DNA of 64,000 nt, from positions 62,806,001-62,870,000 of the forward strand of contig NC_083223.1 in the NCBI RefSeq assembly GCF_032191835.1, read 5' to 3'. Shown here piece by piece: positions 25,250 through 37,746 of the stretch. How positions within the stretch are numbered: position 1 is the stretch's first letter; each line of letters begins with the position of its first letter. Position numbers and translations under genes: made by a program. The notes below the pieces were generated by a model. It did no database searches and was not told the origin of the DNA. It saw nothing but the letters and a program-made list of their open reading frames with translations. Source of the DNA: Heteronotia binoei. Lineage: Eukaryota.

Positions 25250-26028
25250 CTTGATCAAAATACATATAAGAGGAAATAATCACTTTTATTTCAAAATATA
25301 AGGAAACAAAAATAAAAATGGAAAAAAAGAACTTGCAATCCCACACACTCAGCATATTATGAGTTAAATGTTACACTATATTTTGGGTAAAGGCAGACAG
25401 AAGAAATTAATTGGGACATATTTTTACTGGCCTGCAAAAAAGTACTCCAGAATAAAGTGGATTCAGATCTTCAAACCACCTTGAAAACATACATTAGCCT
25501 TCATGTTCTACAGCCTAGTCTCCTCTAAACTATAAGAAACTACCAAGCAATCCTATCTAGATGAATGAAAACCCAATCTTTTTCCACTACATGAGATGGA
25601 ATACTAGAAACATGTAACAGTTTCTCAGACACAAATTAAAGTTTCAGTCAACATTAAGAATATTTTTAAAGATTCAGGATTAAAATAAATAACAAGACAA
25701 GAGACAGTCAGCATCTGTTCTGGGCCATTGGTTGGTTTCTATGGCAGAGGAAATAGTGGTGCACCTAGCACTGTTTCACAGCTTCTTTGACGGAATAGGA
25801 AGCTAAACTGCCCCAGATGGAAGGTAGCTGTCTTGTGCATACAACCTCAGTGGGTATACTTGCCTACTGGTACCTGCTGAGTAACTTCTCCATTCTGAAC
25901 TACTGAAGACCAATTTTGAATTGTGTGTTGTTGTTTTTTAAATTAAATACAGAATACTATTTTGCTTTCCAAAATCCTTTGATACTTTAACATCCTACCC
26001 ATTGTTACAAGAAGCATTTGGTTTGAAC

Positions 26029-26082
26029 CTTAGATGCCGGCATCCCATGCAATCCAGGGAAACCTGGAAGTCCACGTTCACC
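26029..26082 (-). CDS. COL21A1: COL21A1 exon (54 nt), GERGLPGFPGLHGMPASK
   Basis: tttttctag acceptor and a weak gttcaa donor. The last triplet has Ala at the Gly position. Confidence 0.9.
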
Positions 26083-26241
26083 CTAGAAAAAGAAAACAAG
26101 AACCATGAGAAAGTAAAAACAAAAAGGGTAAGAGCCAACTGTGAAGTATCACTTCTTGCCCACAAAGAGCTTCAGTGGTCTGTATGGACATAACTTAGAA
26201 TCTTATTATCTTACCCATACAACCCCTGAAGCCTCCCATTT

Positions 26242-26372
26242 NNNNNNNNNNNNNNNNNNNNNNNNNNNNNNNNNNNNNNNNNNNNNNNNNNNNNNNNNNN
26301 NNNNNNNNNNNNNNNNNNNNNNNNNNNNNNNNNNNNNNNNNNNNNNNNNNNNNNNNNNNNNNNNNNNNNNNN
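26242..26372. other. Assembly gap (131 N)
   Basis: Run of N. Confidence 1.
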
Positions 26373-26730
26373 TGATGTGGTGCTGGAGAAGACTCTTGAG
26401 AGTCCCTTGGACTGCAAGAAGATCAAATCAGTCAGTCCTAAGGGAAATCAACCCAGACTGTTCCCTGGAAGGTCAGATGCTGAAGCTCAAATACTTTGGC
26501 CACCAAATGAGAAGGGAGCACTTCCTGGAGAAGATCCTGATGCTAGGAAAAACAGAAGGCAAAAGAAGAAGGGGACAGCAAAAGATGAGATGTCTGGAAA
26601 GCGTTACTGATGTTACAAACACAAATTTGAGCAGACTTCGGAGGATGGTGGAAGACAGGAGGGCCTGACGTGACTTTGTCCATGGCATCGCAAAGAGTCG
26701 GACTTGACTGTACAACTGAACAACAACAAA
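26373..26730 (+). mobile_element. BovB (RTE clade) LINE 3' end
   Basis: WCWRRLLRVPWTARRSNQS...LKYFGH...EKILMLGKTEG and the end gagtcggacttgactgtacaactgaacaacaacaa. Confidence 0.92.
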
Positions 26731-27439
26731 ATAGTTTTATATAATCTGGCCATTACCCTCAGCCTTTCGTTCTTAGAAAATGATGCACAAAATTAGGTGC
26801 ACAGCCCAATGCTTTAGCTAGAAAACTAACAGAGTCTCATATATCTGCTGGTTGTAGCACCCAACTGCAGCTTAATTTCCACCTGCAAAACACCATCTAA
26901 AATGCACAAAAACATAGAGGCCATGACAATCCAGGATTCACATGGCCCTTCTCCACCAGTCAAATCAAGAATTTGCCTAGAGAAAGTGTAACATGTTAGA
27001 GGCACTTTATGGCATTATTAAAGTACGTTTAGAAAAGCACCACTAATTCAGGGGAGAAGATGTTCATATTTAATGAAAGCAACTGAAGATTACAAGTATT
27101 TAAATTGGTACACTTTGCCTGTTTAGAGAAAAAAATGTATTCAGATATTGCTATTTATGAATTTGGCCTCACTGTTGTTCATTTACAATGCCAGACGTGA
27201 AATTTTTGCAAATACTTTTGAACTACAGATAATTTATTTTCAAGCTCATCTCATACTGTTCTAAGACAACAGCTACCTCAAAGGAACTGAAAACACATCC
27301 TAGCCTAAAGGTTTCTTTCTTTCAAACATGGAAGTCCTAATGATCACTGAGAGGATCCAGTAAGCATGGGCTTCCCCGTTCACTACAAATGTCATGGAAC
27401 TGGTCAAACCACACTTCATTGCACTTGCAGCACCTCTGT

Positions 27440-27587
27440 TTTAGATGTATTTAAATGGTTTGAATGGTTTAAATGGTTTTAGATGTATTTAAATGGTATG
27501 AATATGTGTGTTTGATGTGTTGGTATGTTTTGTGGAAGAGCACCTCATTTCGTTGCTCTCTTTTTGTTGAGAACAATGACAATAAAT

Positions 27588-27600
<13 letters not shown>
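27440..27600 (+). mobile_element. Possible LINE 3' end (Rex1/Babar-like) leading into the TATC microsatellite
   Basis: atttcgttg...caatgacaataaa followed by a simple-repeat tail. Family assignment is from memory and weak. Confidence 0.3.
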
Positions 27601-27620
<20 letters not shown>

Positions 27621-27658
27621 CATCCATCCATCCATCCATCCATCCATCCATCCATCCA
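27588..27658. repeat. Compound microsatellite (TATC)n(CATC)n
   Basis: Directly visible. Confidence 0.95.
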
Positions 27659-28324
27659 GCTTACTCCCACAATTTCTACACAGCCGGCAGATACTCATAC
27701 CTGTGATCTTCTCTGTGAAACACTGGATACCCCCCACTCTCCTAGTGGTGTTTATCTGAATCTGTGCAGATTTCCATAGCAGGACATGCAGTACACTTCC
27801 CTCCTGATGCAAAGCTTGCATGTCCTTTTTTCAGAAAGTCCAGACTACAGGAGTTCTTTCCTGCTTCCCGTCAATCTCCCAAGCTCTGCCCCCCTGTCCA
27901 AAAGCATGGGATCCAAACCCAAGGATGTAAGCACCCAGAAAACCTATTTATGAACTTGAATGAACTCTGTCTTACAGTTGGGAGCTGTGGATCCACCCCC
28001 AAGGGGTCAGAAAATAGCAGGCAACTAACTCACCTCACTCAAGCAGACGCCCCTCCCAGCAAAACTACCTGCTTCTAGAACACTCATCAAAAGCTAGAAG
28101 CAAGAAGGCCAAGTCCTTTAAGCGCTTTTTACATGTAAAAGGATTTAAAAGGCTGACTAGCATGAAAACATCCTTCACAGAGATGTGCCATAAATGTGTG
28201 TTCTAGGTTTGAATTTTCCACATTTGCAAGATGATATCTTGAAACACGGCCAACTTTGTTCTTAAAAATATTAACCATCAGTAGGACATAACGTGGAAGC
28301 ATTTATACCTTTATGTCTCAAACA

Positions 28325-28455
28325 TCCAGATTCAGGTGGGTAGCCATGTTGGTCTGAAGCGACAGAACACAGTTTGAGACCAGTGGCAACCTTAAGATCA
28401 ACAAACTTTAATTCTGTGTATAAGTGTCTGCATGCACTCACACTTCTTCAGATAC
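28325..28455 (-). mobile_element. Penelope-like element terminal (pLTR) remnant with decayed hammerhead motif
   Basis: Minus strand: CTGAAGA-agtgtgagtgcatg-cagacacttatac...gttgatcttaaggttgccactggtctc. Confidence 0.55.
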
Positions 28456-28798
28456 AATTGTATCTAGCTAGAAAGTTCCAAAGACACTGTGATAAACACA
28501 TTCACAACACACTCCCAGATGTAACCTATTTCAGAGTGCTAAAATTTCTCTGCGATTGGGGGAAATAAAGTTCAACAGTGAGCTTTGTAATATGGGACAA
28601 AACCATCAAATAAAAGGTCCAAGTCTTCGTAGAATAGAAGAGAGCTGTTTTGAAAGTATTTTGTAAATTCAATCGTGGGACTTTTTACAAGCAGCAAAGT
28701 ATCTATATGAAAGTATATTGTATATATTTCAAATATTCTGAAGGTGAATATCCACTTATCCATGTTATATGGATTTGTAAGGACACTGCAACACTGAC

Positions 28799-28852
28799 CT
28801 TTTTCCCATCAGCCCCAGGTTCGCCCTTCATGCCTGGAAAACCACGTGGTCC
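28799..28852 (-). CDS. COL21A1: COL21A1 exon (54 nt), GPRGFPGMKGEPGADGKK
   Basis: tcttccccag acceptor, gtcagt donor, 6 Gly-X-Y triplets. Confidence 0.94.
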
Positions 28853-28971
28853 CTGGGGAAGAATAAATATCAGTTACTGACTCTTTTATAGATTTACCTT
28901 TGTTTATCGATGGGATTGCACCTTTACAAAGACTTCACTTTAGAAGTCCAGAAAAGGCTCAGAGAACTTAC

Positions 28972-29025
28972 TTGAATCCCTGGGGATCCTGGAATACCTG
29001 GAGTTCCTGGTACTCCTTGGTAACC
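28972..29025 (-). CDS. COL21A1: COL21A1 exon (54 nt), GYQGVPGTPGIPGSPGIQ
   Basis: ctctttttag acceptor, gtaagt donor, 6 Gly-X-Y triplets. Confidence 0.95.
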
Positions 29026-29924
29026 CTAAAAAGAGAAACACAAACATTATCCCAATGCACATTTTAACAGTCTGTTTTCAGTTATTTAATACTGTGAGCT
29101 TTGTGATCAGGAAGAAAAGCATTGAATAAAAGGCAAAAATCAAAGGATCATAGAAGGCGGAGCTGCATGAATTTGTTTGCAGTGCCATCAAAAGCTGTAG
29201 TCAGACTTGAAGACCCCATTCTCAGAATAATGCCTGGCATTTTGATGTTACAATTTTGGCAAACTAGAACTAATACTATATAATTGCACAGAGCATTAGT
29301 TTTCTCTAAACGCAGTGCTTGTTTATACGATTTTAGAGCAACTATTACAACTAAGCTTTAGATCAAATGCCATGGTTGCATGAGCGACTGTTATTCTGTG
29401 TTAAATAATCTTGATTCACCACCACCCCCAGTTACATGCATACAGTCTTTCCTCCACTTGAAAGCATGTGTTGAATGAGTGGTGACTGAGATAATCTTTA
29501 CTTCAACCATGCTTTAACCTCCACATTAGTCATACTTCCAAGTAGCCAAGGTGGGGCAGAGTGGCTGGGCTAGTGCAGGCACAGTGAGGCCACCACTGCT
29601 GAGCCAAGTTGGTTCTCATTGACTGCTCACTGCTGGCTACAGACGCAGAGTTGGAATGGGCTACCCAAGTCCAGCTACATGGTCCTGCAGCCAAAGAAGA
29701 CTGCATGCCCACCTTGGCTGAAGAGGACTGGTCTGCTCTGCTTGGCTGTGTTGCTGGGCTCCTTGAAGCCATCATCTTCTGCTGCTTCAGCAAGTAAAAT
29801 GTGTCTTCTAGGCCCAGCTACATGCCCCAGCTCCTTTTATTTTATGTATGTATTCATTGTGAGGTCAAAAGTGACCTCATGCTCCACCAGTGTCCCCCAC
29901 CAAAAAATATTCTGGCTATGGGGT

Positions 29925-30125
29925 GCTGCTAGCCCTGACCTGGATGGTTCGGGCTAGTCCAATCGATTCAGCTCTTAAAAGATCTCAAAGTCAGAGTCAG
30001 CCCTGATTAGTATGTGGACAGGAGACTACCAAGGAAGTCCAAGGTGGCTATGCACAGGAGGCAATGGCAAACCATCTCTGTTGATCTCTTGCCTTGAAAA
30101 TCCTATAGGGTTGGCAGCACTTTCC
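29925..30125 (+). mobile_element. 5S rRNA-derived SINE
   Basis: 5S-like head (cagccctgattagtatgtggacaggagac) with body ggcaatggcaaaccatctctg...ttgccttgaaaa shared with the copy at 14106. Confidence 0.72.
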
Positions 30126-31368
30126 ACAAAAGTGCTATCAGCTATCAAATCTCATTAAACAATTACCATACACCTTGAGATTTCTCTTTATCTACCACTG
30201 GGATCATAACCCTTTTATAGAGAGAAAACTGTTAAATAATTATATCATCGGGAAGAGAAATGCACTGAGTGCCATGTAACACTAGTGAAGCACAAGCAAC
30301 TCTTTAAAGCCAGGAAACTCTCTTCAGTTTTTCCAGGACAGCATCTGCAGCAGTGGGACCATTAATGCAATCAATGCCCAACAGTGGGGCTATAAGGTGG
30401 GTCATAAGTATGACAGAAAATAGATACATTTGCTGTTGACAAAATGAAAATAAACTGCTTCTTTTTTTTTTAAAGAAACACTTTCAAACTTTGTCTATAA
30501 AGTGCTGCTAATGTATCTGGCTTTTATACAAAGAACACAGTGTAAAGATTCAACTTCAGGCCATGAACAATCAGAGAGCATTAAAAAAAACCCTCAAACC
30601 CCACAACAAAGAAAATCAGTACCAGTATCCTGCAGTTCTTTGTTTTTAAAAAAAAAAAATGCTGGCACCACCGGGGAAAAACTACTTTATTAGGTGAGAC
30701 ATTTGGTATTTTCTAAGAAAGTTAGGGACAAAAATCCACGTGTAGAGTCTGCATCTGGATATCTCAGCAAAGCCAGCTGTGCCAGGCCATTTTTAAAGCT
30801 GCAACCACTGAACTGGACACTAGAAACCCAGAATAAACATTTATGAAATTCCATAAAGGATACAAGATGTGAAACTGGTACACATCTCTTCAGGTCAAAT
30901 TCTTCACTAATAAAAAAAACCCCTCTGAAATTGTATATATTAGTTTCAATCCACTAGTGAAGAATTTTCATATTCTTCCTATGCTCCTACTAAGAAATCA
31001 TACTGTTGTCTTTTCCCCCCAAATGCAATGGATTTCTGACATTCTTACGCAGACTACGAAACAGCAAACTATCCCTGCAAGTTTCTTGCCCAAGAACCCA
31101 ACCAGGACAATAACAGAATTCCTGAAGTATCTTAAAGTCAGCACCTGCCTGGCCAGAGGACAGACTGTTTTCACCAAAGGCAAAGCTGTTGTCTTGCATG
31201 TGTTCTAAACGGGGCCAGAAGATACAGACCCATATGTATTATCCCATCATCTGAGCTATGGATATCCTGGATTGTAATTTATAAAGTGCTTTAGAGAGCC
31301 AAGATTGGCTACAGTTAGCATTCTAAAGTATGATACTGGGGTGAGAAGATGCAAGGTGAAAACTTTAC

Positions 31369-32550
31369 GTTCGATTTCGCACTCACCTTGCGCCGCTCTC
31401 ACATCCGACTTCTCAGCGCGGCGTCTTCTCGATTTCCCACTATTTGCGTCGCGCTGCAGCAAACATCGCGGTTTTTGTGCAGCAAACGGAAACTGTTTTT
31501 TAGCTGTTTCCATTTGCTGCATGAAAACCAAGATGTTTGCGGCAGCCCCGGCGCAAATAGTGGGAAATGGGGAGGACACTGCGCTGAGAAGACGTAGGGT
31601 GACCATAATGTCTGAAGGCCAGCCAGGGACACCTGGGGGGGGGGGAAGGTAGGGGTGTGTGCGCGCGAAGCGCGTGTGGTGCCGGAAACAGGAAGTGACG
31701 TCACTTCCGGTGACGTCACTTCCGGTGATATCATGCCACCGCTGGAAGCAGGAAGTGACACCACTTCCTGTGACATCATTTCCCCGCGTCACCTGCCGGA
31801 AACGGGAAGTGACATCACTTCCTCTGACATCACTTCCCCCAAATGACATCATTTCCCCCAAATGCCACTGCCGGAAACAGGAAGTGACTTCACAGCACTT
31901 CCTGTGACGTCCCCAAAAATCCCCCAAATATCACCGCCGGAAACAATTTTGTTCTCAAATCCTGTATATACTTCATCAGTATATGGGATAAGGCACTTTC
32001 TCAACTGTGCTGCATAATGCAGCCTATTTATTTTGTCCTGTTTGCTCTGTTGGCTCTATCTGCGCCACCTTCATCACTTTCGGGGTGTGGATCCCCCAGT
32101 GGGGTGGTCTCCCGACTCCCTCCGCCGGCTGTTTCTGATAGCCCTGCGCCCCCTCTTTCATTTGATATGTGTCCCGTGCGGGTGCCACCCTCCCGCCGGG
32201 AGATGCCGCAAAATGAGCCCCCTTGAGGCTTATGGCGGCAGGGCTCGGGGGAAGCGAGCTAGACTAATAACACAGGTCGAGATGCAGGACAGGAACCCGG
32301 AAGTGACCGACAGGCTGCTTCAGCAGGCTGCTGCGCCGGCCCCCTGGGTCCCACAACGATGAGACCGATGCCACAGGGACGGGCTCGAAACACTCTATAA
32401 CCCCTCAAAAGAACAGCAGTCTAGCTCGGTCCCGGTATAGGCAGCCCGGGAGCCGGGATTGGGTGGCCAGAACCGGGAATGTCCCGGGAGACCGGGACGG
32501 TCTGGCCACCCTAGACATGAGAGCGGCATAAGGGTGAGTGCTAAATCGGC
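31369..32550. mobile_element. Fold-back (long palindromic) MITE of about 265 bp, interrupted by another MITE
   Basis: Left arm cgatttcgcactcacc...tctcagcgc...tcccactatttgcg mirrors the right arm cgcaaatagtggga...gcgctgaga...ggtgagtgctaaatcg. Confidence 0.8.
31595..32513. mobile_element. TAGGG-TIR MITE (hAT-like) with an array of GGAAGTGACGTCAC-type motifs
   Basis: TIRs tagggtgacca / tggccacccta. No 8-bp TSD visible. Confidence 0.85.
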
Positions 32551-34742
32551 CTACTTGTACCCTCTATAGGGTATGCCTTTAAAAAGGTATATCAAGATTG
32601 CTGCAAATGTGAATTTGCACCAATGCCAGGATTCAGGCTGAAGAAGACTAGGATGGTGACTCAGGCAGCTATGCCTTTCTAAGGCACATCAACTTATGCC
32701 AGTGGAGCTTTGTTGTTGTCCTAAGCAAGCAATCATAAGCAGATCTACTCAATGGTGCTCACTCTCTGAAAAGGGCCCTTATGATCATATTGTAAAGTGA
32801 TCAGAGGCAGGGCTTAAGACAGGATACCTAGTAAAATAATAGGTGGTGATATTCTATACTGTATTTCAATCATTTCAAATCAGCATATTTAGGAACTTAA
32901 TGGTAGAATACAGTAGCTAGCCTTGATCTAAAGTTATTCCAGTTTAAAACACTGATTAATGCACTTTCAATCCATGCTCAATGCACTTCAGTGATCATCT
33001 GCAAGTGGATTTTGCTGTTTCCACTGTAAAATCCAGTGGCAAAGTACATTGAACTTGGATTGAAAGTACTTTATTCAGTGTGTGTAAAAGTTCCCTTTGA
33101 CTCATCAAAAGCAAATGCAGAAGCCCAGTGTTTATCTGATCTACGGCTTTCGAGAGGTCTTGGTTAAGAGTAACTTGAATTGTGTCAAGAACAGTATATT
33201 TCAGGTTTTTTACTGTCTCCATTTCTGATTTTTGATGTCCCTCTCCTTCTAAAATGTATTTCCCAAGGAAAAAATCTTTTCCATACTCAAAAAGATGTTC
33301 AACTTGGTAACTTGTGACTCATCTGAGGAAAATATACACAAGTGCCAAATTACAAAGCTACAGAGAAATGGTTTATTTTTCTTCCATGGGTCATTATGCC
33401 ATGATTTATGTTACTACTAGGAAGCTGAGTCAAAAACTAAAGCCGATATGTGGATGATGATAATAATACCAGAAATGTTTTATGTCATTTACCTGTTTTA
33501 ATATAACAGTGGTATTTTATTCCTAGTCCCAGATGTAAGTACTAGGGGGTTATCTGCCACTCTAAATCAGTAATGGGAGCAAGGTGGGGGTCAAGGAGAA
33601 ACTGAATGGAAGTGGGCAACTTAGTGTATATGTGCCAGGCTGCAGTTAATCATGTCAAGCTTCTGGAATGGCTAAAACCCAGAATTCACATATGCAATCT
33701 TTCTATAACTCTTGAAACTGTCACATTCTTGATCTCTGATCCAACACAGAGAATTTATCTCAGCAATTTCAGGAAGCCTAACCTTGTTTTGTTGGAAAAA
33801 TAAATGTCCTTTCTGGCAAGGAAAATAACTGCTATAGTAGCCAGACAAATTAGATTGCAGAAAGAAGACTACATAAAGTAGACAGTAAGTTTCTTTGACT
33901 GAGGGCAATGCAGTTTTGTTTACTCCAGGACATACTGCAGATCTGGAGCATGGCTGTGGCTCACATTATCCATTTCCTTCTCTCTCCTCCCACAAAATTT
34001 CCCTCTTCCATCACCAGCTTTTAGCACCATATCTGTACTAATACAAAGTAAGGTTTTTACTCATATTTGCAAACCTGGTTGAAAGATTTATTTCAAACCA
34101 CAGCTAGGACAAGCAGCCCAGTTAGCATAAGGCTGATGTAATACTACACCACAGATAAGACCAAGAAAAGAAGAAACAAGAAAGTACACAAGAAGAAAGA
34201 AGCAGGTGAACATACCAGTCCATCTCTGATTATTTAAACATTATGTGAAGTCTGCACGAGGAATATGACATTTGAGCTGTATAAAAGAATTAATGGCCTG
34301 CAATACAATGCTGCAATAGGCAAAAGAAATGGTGTGGGGGGAGGGGTAATGGAAACAATCCTAGTGACAAAAATAACTGATTTTTGCAAGGCTCAAGTGG
34401 AAGATGCATTTATCTTGCAAGGAGGAATCCAAACAAATAGGTTCTTTTAAGTTCTCCCAACTACAACTGGAGCCTGATTCCTGAAGATAAAAAAAACATA
34501 AGGCTAAACTGTTTAATGTAACAGCCTATCAGCATGTGCCATATTCACATCTCCATCTGACTGTCAAAAAGAGATTCCAGCATGTCCATTAAAGATGGGC
34601 ACATTTAACACAATAGGGACTTATTATTTAAATGGGGGGGGGCAATTCTTTGGGAAATGGGGAACAAACTTTGCTTTTTAAAAAAAGATGAGAAACAGTT
34701 TATGCATATATGCACTCAGTCTTCATTTTATTTTACTAATTG

Positions 34743-34953
34743 AACATATGAAGCTGCCTTATACTGAATCTTACCCTTGGTCCATCAAAGTCAGTATTGT
34801 CTACTCAGACTGGCAGCGGCTCTCCAGGCTCTCAAGCTGAGGTTTTTCATGCCTACTTGCCTGGACCCTTTTCAATTGGAGATGCCGGGAATTGAACCTG
34901 GGACCTTCCGCTTACCAAGCAGATGCTCTACCACTGAGCCACCGTCCCTCCCT
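34743..34953 (-). mobile_element. tRNA-derived SINE (well preserved)
   Basis: Minus strand has A box ggtggctcagtggtagag and B box ggttcaattcc, followed by a non-tRNA body. Confidence 0.88.
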
Positions 34954-35599
34954 CATTTAAAAATGAGTTTAAAACGTGTTAGTCTGTGGGGAAATTGACA
35001 TATTGGCATCAGGTAAGGTGGAAAATTTCTTTATGTTTTTCTGACATGTGTGTGTCTCTGTAGTCAAATCATATTAAACCACCACTTCTTACAATGTCAT
35101 CAAAAAGGTCAAAGCCGATTTTTCTGCCTTTTCTAATTTGAACTATAATTCATGAACCAAGTAACCAATTTCAAATGTTAAAGCACTGCTGTAAACTTAA
35201 TAAAATTCTACAAGAAACTATTACCAATAATGCCCCTACCCTACCCATTATGAGTTTTGTGATATAAGGCATAAGTACAATTAAATTTATACATATCTGG
35301 AAAGTTTATAGCATATAGCTCTTTACCTAATCCAGATAGTCACCTGAAGTATTATTAGACAACTGTAGCTTATTCTTTTGCCTTTCAAAAGAGCCATGGT
35401 ATTAAGAAACTTCTTTTGATATTCCATAGTTAGGTACATGAGAACAGATCCAGTTTTCATGTCATTTTTATCCAGTGTAACAGGATAAAGAGGAACTTTG
35501 TATTACTGCAAAGAAACATCTTTTAATTTTGTGAGTTCATTAAGTGTTCAATATGCATACGTTTTTATTTAAAAGGTCATCTAACAGGTTTCCATGATG

Positions 35600-35993
35600 C
35601 AGTGGGGATTCAAGCTTGAGTCTCCTAGATTCCAGTCTAACACTCCCAGATTCTAGTCTAACCCAGGGGTCCTTAACCTTTCTGATACAGGGTAGGGGCC
35701 CCAGCTACAAAATGACTTCCTTGGAGACATAGCCAGCCACATAATAGCTGCCTTCACTCACACAGTGAAGATACTTGTGTTGTTGTAGCAGTTGCTGCCA
35801 AAACAATGTTTTTAAAAATCTGCACAACCAATCAAATTGTCAATTTCAATCAGAGATGTTGCTGGGCAGAAATCCCACCTGGCCCCATTCAGTTTCTAAA
35901 AATACTTGGTGGGTGTGAGGAAAGGTATTGACAGCTGCCATGGCACTCATGGGCACCCCACTGGGGACTCCTGCTCTAACCACTACACCACAA
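35600..35993 (-). mobile_element. tRNA-derived SINE head interrupted by a hAT MITE
   Basis: Minus strand tgtggtgtagtggttagag...gaatctaggagactcaagcttgaatcccc. Confidence 0.55.
35664..35973. mobile_element. hAT-type MITE
   Basis: TIRs caggggtcc / ggactcctg. TSD gtctaacc / ctctaacc. Confidence 0.85.
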
Positions 35994-37546
35994 GATGTCA
36001 GCCTTGGCACAAGGGTGCTGCATTCTACAGTTCTACTCTAACAGGCGAGAACTGGAAAAACAAAGGATGGAAGAAGCAAGAATGATATGGGTAGTGTTTA
36101 TAGTTCTAGAGAGGAAAGACAGTGAGATTTAACACAATACATTAGAACTTCTGGATCAAGAGACTTGTTTCTCAAGTCCTGTTTGTTATCCAGTGATTCA
36201 AAAAGTGTGCTCTGTACTTGTTCAAAAGCTTTTCCCATCTATCTTCATTTTATAGGTTCCGGGGCACTGAAAAGAAGTTTTGAGGCTGACACAAATTAAA
36301 CCCTAGGTTGTGCCGTGGGAAAAATCTTGAACTGACCTCACTTCGTCCAGCCAGAGTGCAAAAAGCACCTGCCCCTCCAGTTCGACAATAGCCTCTGGGT
36401 GCAGTACAGACAGGGTCATGACTAATGTGGAGCACAGTTTGACTCATGAACCCAGATGAACATCAGAGATAATCCAGTGTAAATCTGGCATCCCACCCAC
36501 TACCTAACAAGACAGCCATATCTCCAGGAACAGCTACTTTATCACTACCCATGATAAAAGTCTCCAAAGAATACAATCATACAAAATATCCACCTGTGTC
36601 TCCTTATTTCTCCTTCAAGTTATTGTTGCTTGTATTATCATCATCATTCTTTTCTTTTCTTTAAAGGACTACTGTGAACAGTAACAAATAATTTCCAAAA
36701 TACCTTCTTTTGTCTATTATATAGTAGTTGGGTAAATTGATATATTTATAAGTCAGTCATGATAGAGCCTTAAAACCAGTTCCATTAGCTAATAGACCTC
36801 TGAACCCTACTCCAAATTTCTTATTTGGATTCTTGGACTTCATCCAAATCTAATCTGCAAAATGTGGAATAAGTGTATTTTTGGTATTATTGCTCTTCTT
36901 ACTATTATTGTGTCAGCATCCAAGGGGAACCACCACAATAATTTCAACCATCTGTTATCCATATGCACATGGCCAAAATGCAGCTTAGCAACCGAAATAG
37001 GAAATTTGGTCATTTTATAAAGTGTAACATGGAATTCTCTATGTAACTGGCAATATTCTGAAGACTTACACCAGTTCTAGCAAGCATTTCTTTAAGACTT
37101 TCCATAATGCCACCAAAACTTAAGACTCACACCAGAAATACAATTTGAAATGTTTTAATTAAGATATTAAAATAATCATTAGCCGTTTACACTGTGATAG
37201 TTATCTTGCATAGCATCAGCAATAATATAGACAATGTTGCTTAACAAGCATATAAATTTACTGGGATTCCTAGAATCATTCTAAGAACTGCAGAATTAAA
37301 ACCAGATTCTGCCAGAGTTTAAAAAAAAATGAATGTTAAGAAGCTCTAAAAGACTGTGATTCCATTATCAGTATTTTAATTTACCTTTAATTATGCAATT
37401 AGCACAGGGTATCTGATCACCAAAGTCTCCTTTTATAACAAACACCTTTCTTCACTGAGAATGGTTCCAGTATTAACAATAGACATTTATATACCTTTTG
37501 GCCAGAACAAAGAGCAACTAATCATGAGTTTTAGAATTAACCTGGG

Positions 37547-37746
37547 ATAGGGGAAGAGCTTTGGTAGAGCATCTTCTTGGCAAGCAGAAGGTCCCAGGTT
37601 CAATCCCCAGTATCTCCACTTTAAAAAAGAATAACCAGGCAGTAGGTGATGTGAAAGACCTCTAACTGAGACCTTGGGCAGCCACACTGCCGGTCTAACT
37701 AGAGAATACTGACTTTGATGGACCAAAGCAGCTTCATGAGTTCATG
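37547..37746 (+). mobile_element. tRNA-derived SINE
   Basis: tggtagagcatc...ggtcccaggttcaatcccc head and the shared body. Confidence 0.82.

Noticed and set aside
31690-31910. CRISPR-like repeat array
   Set aside because: Vertebrate intron, irregular degenerate repeats inside TIRs, no unique spacers and no cas genes.
34880-34953. tRNA gene (and 5S rRNA genes at 14200-14300 and 29950-30040)
   Set aside because: These are SINE heads fused to family-specific bodies and repeated in the window. No complete cloverleaf or 5S sequence.
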